Source: Yuukianura sp. NJ FZ-2021
Taxonomy: Eukaryota
DNA: 64,000 nucleotides
Reading direction: 5' to 3'
Assembly: GCA_046563655.1 (NCBI GenBank)
Contig: CM102285.1
Span: 6,014,001 to 6,078,000, forward strand
Positions 27,901 to 38,200 of this stretch are shown in pieces. Within the stretch, counting starts at the first letter, position 1. The number at the start of each line of letters is the position of its first letter. Both the position numbers and the translations under genes were made by a program. The notes beneath the pieces were generated by a model. It saw only the letters and a program-made list of their open reading frames with translations, made no database searches and was not told where the DNA came from.

Positions 27901-29719
27901 GATTCACTTGCGCTTAGAATTCCACTTCGCACAACGCTCTTTATTGCGTCAAAATTGCGTACCGTTAAATAGGTTTTTAAGTACCCTGAGCAGTAAGTTC
28001 AAAATACTCCGGGTTAAACAAGGTGCCGTTCTGGGTGTTTTATGAACGGTGTTAATTTTTCTGTTTAGAGTGCGGTTCCACGCCGTCACGAGTCATAAAC
28101 CCACATCACGATTCACTTGCGCTAAGAATTCCACTTCGCACAACGCTCTTTATTGCGTCAAAATTGCGTAACGTTAAATAGGTTTTTAAGTACCCTGAGC
28201 AGTAAGTTCAAAATACTCCAGGTTAAACAAGAAGCCGTGCTGGGTGTTTTATGAACGGTGTTAATTTTTCTGTTTAGAGTGCGGTTCCACGCCGTCACGA
28301 GTCATAAACCCACATCACGATTCACTTGCGCTAAGAATTCCACAATGCACAACGCTCTTTATGGCGTGAAAATTGCGTACCGTTAAACAGGTTTTCAACC
28401 ACCCTGAGCAGTAAGTTCAAAATATTGTGCTTTAAACAAAAAGCCGTTCTGGGTGTTTTATGAACGGCGTTAATTTTTCTGTTTAGAGTGCGGTTCCACG
28501 CCGTCACGAGTCATAAACCCACATCACGATTCACTTGCGCTAAGAATTCCACTTCGCACAACGCTCTTTATTGCGTCAAAATTGCGTACCGTTAAATAGG
28601 TTTTTAAGTACCCTGAGCAGTAAGTTCAAAATACTCCGGGTTAAACAAGGTGCCGTTCTGGGTGTTTTATGAACGGTGTTAATTTTTCTGTTTAGAGTGC
28701 GGTTCCACGCCGTCACGAGTCATAAACCCACATCGCGATTCACTTGCGCTAAGAATTCCACTTCGCACAACGCTCTTTATTGCGTGAAAATTGCGTACCG
28801 TTAAATAGGTTTTTAAGTACCATGAGCAGTAAGTTCAAAATACTCCGGGTTAAACAAGAAGCCGTTCTGGGTGTTTTATGAACGGTGTTAATTTTTCTGT
28901 TTAGAGTGCGGTTCCACGCCGTCACGAGTCATAAACCCACATCACGACTCACTTGCGCTAAGAATTCCACAATGCACAACGCTCTTTATGGCGTGAAAAT
29001 TGCGTACCGTTAAACAGGTTTTCAACCACCCTGAGCAGTAAGTTCAAAATATTGTGCTTTAAACAAAAAGCCGTTCTGGGTGTTTTATGAACGGCGTTAA
29101 TTTTTCTGTTTAGAGTGCGGTTCCACGCCGTCACGAGTCATAAACCCACATCACGATTCACTTGCGCTAAGAATTCCACTATGCACAACGCTCTTTATGG
29201 CGTCAAAATTGCTTACCGTTAAACAGGTTTTCAACCACCCTGAGCAGTAAGTTCAAAATATTTTGCTTTAAACAAGAAGCCGTTCTGGGTGTTTTATTAA
29301 CGGTGTTAATTTTTCTGTTTAGAGTGCGGTTCCACGCCGTCACGAGTCATAAACCCACATCACGATTCACTTGCGCTAAGAATTCCACTATGCACAACGC
29401 TCTTTATGGCGTGAAAATTGCGTACCGTTAAACAGGTTTTCAACCACCCTGAGCAGTAGGTTCAAAATATTTTGCTTTAAACAAGAAGCCGTTCTGGGTG
29501 TTTTATGAACGGTGTTAATTTTTCTGTTTAGAGTGCGGTTCCACGCCGTCACGAGTCATAAACCCACATCACGATTCACTTGCGCTAAGAATTCCACTTC
29601 GCACAACGCTCTTTATTGCGTCAAAATTGCGTACCGTTAAATAGGTTTTTAAGTACCCTGAGCAGTAAGTTCAAAATACTCCGGGTTAAACAAGATGCCG
29701 TTCTGGGTGTTTTATGAAC
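12962..29719. repeat. Satellite array, 209-bp monomer, about 80 copies
   Basis: The anchor CAAG(A)AGCC occurs at 12971, 13180, 13389 ... 29691 (16,720 bp = 80 x 209). Monomers are near-identical with recurring diagnostic variants; the ORF track shows only one 64-aa ORF in the array. Confidence 0.98.
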
Positions 29720-30279
29720 ACGTTCAAACCTCGGTTGAATCAAGACATGTTTTAGGTAGAAGGCCGATGCTCTATGCATATGCCTAGTTCAACTTGTAGC
29801 GTTCCTTTTAAAGTAATTTAAATATTTTAAATTACTAAAAACTCGTTTCTTTAAGGTTTTGAAATTGTCTTAATATTTCAACTCTGTTTTACGAATGACG
29901 CTATAGCGACTATAAAATTTCCCTATAAATGTTTAATTCAGGTTTTCTTTGTATTGATATAGTTTGACGTTCAACGTCCCAAATTCGGTTCTCCTTTACA
30001 TTTGTTTTGATGTGAGCAGTGGAGTGGAAAAATTCCATTCTCTTTGCTTAATTTCAAAAACAGTTACTGATTTAATAGTTGAGAAAGTGCATGCGAGTTT
30101 TTTATGTTTTTCCCAAGAAAAACTAGTAGCAAATTAAAAGTTGGTAAAAACAAAAACTGGTTTACGGGACGTAGGCTAGCTTATGACAAGCTTATGGTTG
30201 TTCTAATTACAGTTACACACAATTTTATCTTCTCAGTGCCAATCTCGCCATTATTGTTGGAGAATTTGTGAGAGGTAAA

Positions 30280-31654
30280 ATGAACCTCTTAGCAGTTTTT
30301 GTCATTTTTCTGGCAATTTGTTTAGAAAAAAATTTCTGTCTAGAACAAAACTCAAAATGTGCTACTTTAGTATCTGAAAATATTTTGGAGGAAATTAAAA
30401 GCTACCAAGAAGTTGTAAACAAGATCATAGAAGCAGCTACGGTGGGAGTATTTAAAGGTCAAACCTACTCCGACCTTGAGTATTTTGTGGATAAGTTTGG
30501 TTCCAGGTTGACTGGAAGTGAGGCATTGGAGAGGTCAATTGATTTTATGCTTGAAAAAATGTCAAAGATTGGACTTCAAAATGTCCATGCAGAGAATGTC
30601 ACTGCACCCAAGTGGGTCAGGTAATTTGAACATTTTGAAAACTAAAAATTGTTTAAAGTGAGTTACAAAAACATTTTAAAATTTGCTTCGCTCGTAAATA
30701 TTGTATATCGACCATTCTTTTACATTTTCAGGGGCGAGGAGTCACTGACCCTGTTAAGTCCGTATGCCAAAACAATTCCAGTTTTGGGGTTAGCATTTTC
30801 TGTACAGACTCCGCCGGAGGGAATGACAGCCGAAGTGGTTGTAGTAAACAGTTTTGCCGAACTTTGGAACTTGTCTGAAACAGTTGTGGCAGGGAAAATT
30901 GTCGTGTTCAATCAACCATTTGAAAATCCTGAGAAGGCTATAAAGTACAGACAGTATGGAGCAATTGAAGCGGCAAAGCTTGGCGCAGTCGCAGTAGTTG
31001 TTCGGTCATATGCAACCTTTTCTTTGGGAACTCCTCATACTGGACTCATGTTTTACAATCAAAGCATTTCCAAAATTCCCGCCGTTGAAGTTTCTATAGA
31101 AGATGCCCAGTTACTACGTCGTCTGTATAAAAAAGGCAAGTGTTGCAACTTTAAATTCCAAATTAATTCATTTGATGTTCCAACTTAGGTTTCTCCCAAA
31201 CAAAAATGAGCAACAACTTCTTTCTGTACAATTTTTTTTCAAAAGTCGTTACAAACTGAGAAATTTTTAAAATAAAACTTACTTTCGTATTTTCTTATTA
31301 AACGTGTTATTCTTTTCTAGGTGAGCACATACTGATGAAATTGAAAATAGCAAACACACAAATCGGAGAAATCGTCACCCGAAATTCAATTGGCGATATT
31401 CGCGGGAGTTCAAAACCAGACGAATTCGTGCTAATTTCTGGACACATGGATTCTTGGGACGTTGGACAAGGAGCGCTCGACGACGGTTATGGAGTGGTTT
31501 TGTCCGTAAAAGCACCAGAATTGCTTAAAGCTCTAAACCTCACAACGGAAAGAACTGTGCGGACTATACTATGGACAGCAGAAGAAATTGGGGAGGTTCC
31601 TTTTGGAGCTGCGCAGTATGTTGAAGCTCACCGTTCAGAACTGGAGCAGTATAC
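30280..31654 (+). pseudogene. CPQ: Carboxypeptidase Q (M28), 5' part, interrupted by the Polinton
   Basis: Signal-peptide-like N-terminus. Exons 30280-30620, 30732-31135 (GC donor) and 31321-31654. Motifs FGSRLTGS, PKWVRGEE, PHTG, SGHMDSWDVGQGALDDG, WTAEE. Confidence 0.88.
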
Positions 31655-31745
31655 AGTAGATAGCTGGGTGGGACAACGGGCTCATTTATTTTTAGAACAG
31701 CCACGGGGGTTAGTCGGCCGCAATATTGGGGAGGGAAAAAACTCA
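31655..31745 (+). repeat. Polinton left TIR (91 bp)
   Basis: AGTAGATAGCTGGGTGGGACAACGGG...GGGAAAAAACTCA, the exact reverse complement of 48511-48601. Confidence 0.97.
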
Positions 31746-31885
31746 AAAGTCCTTGTTTGAACTTGACAATTCCTAGAATTTTCCAACACCCGAGGCCTAA
31801 CAAATTCCAAGAACTTTTAAACGAAAGTTCTTGTTTGAACTTGTCAATTCCTTGAATTCTCCAACGCCCGGAGCAAAAAACAAAT
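31746..31885. repeat. Left subterminal imperfect direct repeat (2 x ~78 bp)
   Basis: AAAGT(C/T)CTTGTTTGAACTTG(A/T)CAATTCCT..GAATT.TCCAAC.CCCG occurs twice. Confidence 0.7.
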
Positions 31886-32010
31886 ACTTTTTAATTTTTT
31901 GTCTATTACAAAGTTTAAGAGTTGCTCATTTTCAGCCTCTCTCTAGACGTGTCAACAACTTAAAAACTTTTTTTAAAACAGTAATTTCCAAGTTATTTTT
32001 TATTGTCGAA

Positions 32011-32784
32011 ATGTCATATCAATTCGATTTCGAGCAGCTCCCATACCTGTGCCAATTAGAAATATTTTCAAATTTGGACAGGTGTAGCGCTTTGCAACTG
32101 GCTAAAGTATTTCCAGATTCCTTAGCCATACTCAAGCCAATGCTTGACAAGATGGCTGCCAAAGTTGCAGAGTACACCCCATTTATGATAAGTGTTGGTG
32201 AGACACATATCGTCCATCTTGAATTCAACAAGAAACAAATGTTTAGAGTTGTGCTGGCGGGTCTAAAAAGTTTTCCGATTGGACGCGTCCTCACGGTGAA
32301 AAACTTTGTGACAGCGATTGCACCACTCAGGACGACAGTCGAAGTCACACTATTCAAAAATTGTTCCATCGAAGAGCTACTACCCCTCACCGAGAAATTC
32401 GACTTTGAGCGCGGGGTTTTTCGGGATGACACTGTAATCAACATCACCCCTCATCGCTACAGCTGCAGATACGAGATTTACGGCTGCAGATTCGAGACGT
32501 ATCAAGCTCTTGGAAGTATTGAATACGCCCAACATCGCGATGAGAAAAATCAGGAACTCCGACGGCTACTTCTGGAGTCATCCATTGAATTTGACAAACA
32601 GTTGGAAGAATCTCATCGAAATTACCAATTAAAAATGCGAGAAGAAAAATTGCAACGTTTGCGCGAAGAAAAGTTCCAACGATGGATTCGTCGTCGGAAG
32701 GAATTGAAACAATCTGCTGCTTTTTTTAAGATAAACATATATCGTCGTCGCTTAGCTCTTCAGCGTTTGAGCAAACGTAACTAA
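32011..32784 (+). CDS. Polinton accessory protein with an N-terminal F-box-like motif and a basic coiled-coil C-terminus
   Basis: First ATG at 32011. FEQLPYLCQLEIFSNLDRCSALQLAKV fits the F-box pattern LPxxxxxxIFSxLxxxxxxxLxxV. AATAAA follows the stop. Confidence 0.6.
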   Translation: MSYQFDFEQLPYLCQLEIFSNLDRCSALQLAKVFPDSLAILKPMLDKMAAKVAEYTPFMISVGETHIVHLEFNKKQMFRVVLAGLKSFPIGRVLTVKNFVTAIAPLRTTVEVTLFKNCSIEELLPLTEKFDFERGVFRDDTVINITPHRYSCRYEIYGCRFETYQALGSIEYAQHRDEKNQELRRLLLESSIEFDKQLEESHRNYQLKMREEKLQRLREEKFQRWIRRRKELKQSAAFFKINIYRRRLALQRLSKRN

Positions 32785-33079
32785 ATAAAACGACAATAAA
32801 TTTTTGAAATAATTAAATTATTTATAATGTTGTAATAAATGTTAAAAGTAAAAAATTTAAAAAAGTTTTAAATATAAAGTAAATTGTATTCTTTATAATA
32901 AGTTATAAAGTTAAAAAGTTTAATAAAATAGTAAAAAGTTAAAAAATTTAAAAATATAAAGTAAATTGTATTATTTAAAAAACAAAATTTATAAGTTATA
33001 AAGATAAAAAAAGTCAAATAAAAAAAAATCAAATCAAACAAAATAATTTTAAGACTGATTAACGTTTTTTCCTGACGGT

Positions 33080-34508
33080 TTACTTGTCACCCTTACAAAT
33101 GCGGGCGTTCCTAGCATACTTGATAATAAGGTTATATGTCCGCCGCATTCCAGCAAGGTCGATGTTGTTGTGGACATCAGCATTTCCATGTTCAACAACC
33201 ATTCGGGCAGCATGACAAGCAATCCTGCCGCAGTTGTTGGCCGGTCCCAATGATGAGTAGAATATGTTGCGATTAAAGTTGGCGTAGTCCCATCGAATGG
33301 AATAAGGCATGTTGAATTTGTGGCGGAGAACTCTGTCCAGTTGAATTCTCACATTGAAGAGCCTTGCTGGTGCAAATGAGTCATAAAAGTAGCCACACCT
33401 AAAAACAACAGTATTAAGCACATGCTAACCCACAATGAAGTAACATAATAAATGAAAACTTACCAATTTTTGATGTCAACAGCTACTAGTAGGATATGTC
33501 CTGGAATTTTCACGCTGACCAGCAGGATCTCAGTGTCCGATGGCATAGCCAAAAACGGTACATCAATAATGCCCAACACGTCCATTGTCGGGCTCATAAA
33601 CGATGTCGCTCTTAGGTCGTAGTAAGGACAACCCAAAGCCGGCTGGATATCTTCCGACACGTTCCACTTCACACAACGCCATGCTTGCTCCGTCGGGATG
33701 TAGTGAATTTTTTTCCCTGCAGTTCTGACATCTTCCATGAGTTTCTACACAAAAACAGACCAAATTTATGATTAGTATTTAAAATTAAAAAAATATAAAA
33801 AAGTATAAAAAATTTTAACAAATTAAACTTACCGTCATGAACGCGATAAAAACAGTAGGGAAGGTTCCACTTGCCGGGTTTTTCCGAAGCTCGTCCACGT
33901 GAGATTTCGCCACCTTAACGACGCCGTGATCGTAGTACTTCTCTTTGCACTTGAGTGGGAATTCCCTTGCCCAGTACAAATCTGCAGCGGGGATTTCCGT
34001 TTTAATTTGTGCAGTGTCCGGAAGTGGTGTGTAGTTGACTGAATCCGTCCAGTCTGCGCGATGTTCCGGAAGGATATTCTTGAGCATGAAGTACGAATGT
34101 ACTTCCTGGAGTCCTCGCTGTGTACGAACAATTCCGTTGACCATATTGATGAGCTCGTCGCGATCAGTGGTTGTGTTTCTGAAATTTTGAAATAAAGTTA
34201 ACAAATTGTCGTGTTTAAACTGTTTTTGAAATTTAAATTAACTGTTTTTAAAATTTAAATTAACTGTTTTTAATTTGTGTAATAAAGTTTTTAATGAAAA
34301 GCAAACTTACCTGATTGCTCTAAATCTATCGACGACTGCCGAGTAATCGACGCGAATCTCCCGAGGAACTCCGAGAGGTTTACCTCTCATGTCGAGGAGC
34401 AACACTTCCAAGATTTCTTCCCAGTGGTCGTAAAAGTACTGTGGAAGAGGCTGCTCCGCAGCAATAGCGTAAATAGCGTAAAATAAAAATTTTTCAGTTT
34501 TTTTCCAT
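33080..34508 (-). CDS. Four-exon clan CE (Ulp1/C48-like) cysteine protease
   Basis: Phase-consistent GT-AG exons ~34508-34311, 34178-33833, 33744-33464 and 33398-33080 join into ...GHILLVAVDIKNWCGYFYDSF...NNCGRIAC (H..D..C order). The ATG at 34508 is out of frame by one A in an A7 run. Confidence 0.65.
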
Positions 34509-35249
34509 TTTGTCACTAATCAGTGCTTAAAGTACTGATTTGAACACACATTTGCATGGCGAATCCGCTGGTGCAATTTGTTTTCCCATAAACATAATGC
34601 TCTAAAAGTTACAGCCACTTAAAGTCGCGTTTAATTTTAACACTAATTTGAACGTTTTTTGCATGTGGCTTATGCTATTCAACATTTATAGGGTTATAAA
34701 GGTTGCTCACCGACACAGAATTTGATGGGGAATCGAGCACTGGTTTTAGTTTTCATTTAAAGCTTCTCTGAAAAAAGTTACAACAGAAAAACCGATTTTT
34801 CAGTGATTTTTCAAAATGGATGTTGGAAACATAAATAAATTATAAGAACAACTGACCTATAAAACGGCTTCTTAACATTTCATTTGACACTTTTTAACTA
34901 TTATTAACAATGATTTCATTTTTTTGTGATTCTTCAGTGATTTTTCAGTGCTTTTTCAGAGGAAATTTTTCAGAGGAATTTTTTTTTTAATAAAATTCGA
35001 TTTCACATTTTGTCGCTTGTTTATTCTGATTATTTGATTATTTATTAACTAACATTAACTATGATCCCATTTTTTAGTGATTTTTCAGTGATTTCTCAGA
35101 GGAAATTTTTAATAAAATTCGATTTCACATTTTGGAGCTTGTTTATTCTGATTATTTAATTATTTATAGCTAAATAACTAGCGTTAACTAAATAACATTA
35201 CTTTGGAAATTCACAAATGCATTTTACATAAATTCACAGCTTTCAAAAG

Positions 35250-38200
35250 ATGGCGAAAAGATCTGCATCTCCCGCTCCGGGTCCATCATCTAAGCGCGGG
35301 TGCCATACATGCGAAATCTGCAACGAGAAGTTCCCATGCGCAAATCAGCTGCTCATCCACATCCACATTCAGCATGAAGAGGACGAGACGGTGACCGAAG
35401 CAACAAAACAACTTCCACAGATGCCCACAGATGGCCCTGCCGTTCTTTCCATGTACCGTGAAATGAAATGTCCACCATGCAATTTGACATTTCCGTGTCG
35501 CGATGAAATGCAAAAGCATTTTTACGAAGTTCATCCAGATTTTTTCTCTGATCCGGCGCAAGATGGAGGTCAACTTCCAACAAACTTGGAGCCAATAACC
35601 GTCGAACCACTTTTCACATCGCTAAACACAGTGACACAATACAGGGCGGTATTTGAAAACTTTCAATGTGAAAATGGTGTTGATGAACGCGACTTTCTAA
35701 AGTGTGTCTACGATTCATCTGCATCATGTATCAAACAAGACATAAAGAAATGGAAGAACGTCAAAGTATTCTTCTCGATGGTATGTAATTTCACAAAGTC
35801 TTATATTAACGGTACAGTCGAGACAAACCGCGGCTGTTTCACGTCTTTTCGTCACCTCGTTTACACTGATGAAAGTATTCCAAAGGTGTGGAATATTATG
35901 GGTCATCAGATGTCAAACCAAATTGAAAATTTTACGAATGAGGGAAGTGGGTGGGACTTGGCCTATATTTCCGAGTTTAAATTCGTCACCGCCAAATACC
36001 AATTTACTAAAATTGGAACTTTTATTGAAACACCATTTCCGCTTTCCGAACACAACAAAACATTGTTAAACATTGACAATAGTGAAGTGACACCGTCAAA
36101 CTCTCACAATCAGTGCTTCCTTTGGGCTGTTCTCGCTCATGACAGACTTGTCGGAGCGACTCTTGGAAGAAATCGCTCCAGAGTGGACAAAAAGGTCAAA
36201 ACTTACGCCCCCCATGTATCAAAGGTAAACACTCAAGGTTTACACTGGCCAATGTCCCTACAGCAGCTGCCACGTTTTGAGCAACTCAATCCAAACATCT
36301 CGCTAACAGTTCTCGGCTATGACATGGATGCTCCAGCCCCTCCACCGCGAAAAAACGAGACTACTCGTCAAAGGTCAAAGGCTGCTCAAAAGGAAGACCT
36401 CGACTTGTTCAAATGTATGCAGGAAAATATTTCAATCCTCTACAACTCAAAAGAATCCAAACAAATTCACGTGGACTTGATGTGTCTGATGCAAGGCAAC
36501 AACGCTCACTTTCTTCTAATCCGAAATCTTGAAGCGCTAATGAAGCCTCCGAATGTTCACCACACGTTGCACATTTGTCGCAATTGTCTTTCAAATTTTA
36601 AACTTCCAAGAACTCTGAAAGACCATATTCCCTACTGTGCTGCGCTTGGGCTCCAAAAAGTCAAATACCCAGAGGGGGATAAGAGCAACCTGAAATTTGA
36701 CAAGTGGGCACGTACTCAGCCAATTCCATTCCGCTTTTACGCAGACTTTGAAGCGTTCCTCAACAAGTTCGACTCTACATGCGAACACGAAGTCTGCCGC
36801 CAACGGCACAAAGCACAAATGACGGAATCAAAAGAAAAAGAAGTCAAGGAAAACACCCGTCGTGTTAATATCCACAAGCCGTGTGGATGGTCATGGGTCT
36901 GCGTCGACTTTAACGGTAACCGTCGCTATGGAGAGTGTTATCACATGACAGACGATAATGAAGACGTAGCTGCTCGCTTTGTTGAGAGCATTCTCAGATA
37001 CTCCAAGATTCTTCAAAAAGAAGTTGACGAATATGAGAAGATTGCTCCGAGAATGCTGGATCAAAACATGACCCGTGAACAGCGTGAAGCTTCAGAACGT
37101 GAAACAAAATGCTGTTTTTGTGAAAAAGCATTTTGTTTCGGTGAAACAAGAGTGCGACACCATACACACCTTCCACCTTTCAATTACATCGGTATGGCAC
37201 ATCAATTCTGCAATCTTGAAGCCCAGATCAAAAAGGAATTTCCAGTATTCCTGCACAACTTATCCTCCTACGACGTGCACTTCCTGGTACAATCAATGGG
37301 GAAGCTCACAGAAGACAAAATCATCAAAAATGTTGAAGTCATTCCAAAAAGCAGTGAGAAATTCTTGTGCATGACCGTTACTCCAGAGTATTCCGGAGAA
37401 GCAGAAGAAGAAGAAGACGACGAAGACATTGTCGGGAATACTAGAAGACGTGAAAAGTACAAACTACGATTTACAGACAGTCTCGGCTTCACACTCAAAT
37501 CCCTAGACGGTCTGGTTAAGGTAATGCGTCAAGACCCAAATGCCACCTTTCCAGTCACCCGACAAGAATTTCAGCAGGAAGTCGACAGTGGCGCCAACAT
37601 CGATCTTCTCTTCCAGAAAGGCGCCTACCCATACTCACTTATGAAATCCTGTGAAGACTTTGAAATGACAAGTTTGCCTCCAAAAGAAGCGTTCTTCAAT
37701 GACATGACCGAGGCGCCAATTCAAGATACAGTTTACGAGCATGCCCAGAAGGTTTGGGAAAGCTTCAAAATCAAAAACATGGGAGAGTGGCATGACCTTT
37801 ACGTGCGTCTGGACGTTTCACTTGGAGGGTGATGGAGGGTGTTCGAAAACTTATGATGGACAGCTACGGTTTGGAACTGGGCCACTACTATTCTCTTCCA
37901 ATGATGGCCATTGATTGTGCTCTAAAAAAGTCTGGAGTTGTTCTGCAATTAATCAGCGACCCTACGATGCATTGTTTCTTAGAGCATTCGATCAGAGGTA
38001 AGAAATTATATAGAAATTATATTAAAAACAATTGAAATTGTTGAAAACTAATCACTTCTTTTTAATTTAGGTGGCTTCGTGTGTGTGGGATCTCGACGTT
38101 CTGCAACTGCAAACCATCCTTACATGGGTGATGAGTATAATCCGGACGAACCCATCTATTATATCATTTACATTGACGCGAATAATTTATACGTTAGTAA

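Noticed and set aside
12962..29719. CRISPR array or tandem RNA gene cluster (5S/tRNA/snRNA)
   Set aside because: The monomers are contiguous with no unique spacers, there are no cas genes and the context is eukaryotic. I could not recognise any RNA gene or A/B-box pair in the monomer.
31335..31760. Independent 141-aa gene
   Set aside because: It is CPQ exon 3 reading through into the left TIR.
34930..35175. Structured RNA in the Ulp1-pPolB intergenic region
   Set aside because: Only an AT-rich ~130-140-bp direct duplication is visible, with no Pol III boxes or convincing stem.
37821..37835. Programmed -1 frameshift in pPolB
   Set aside because: There is no X XXY YYZ slippery site, and a slip would still give a motif one residue short and lacking the conserved LAD; a mutation is the simpler explanation.
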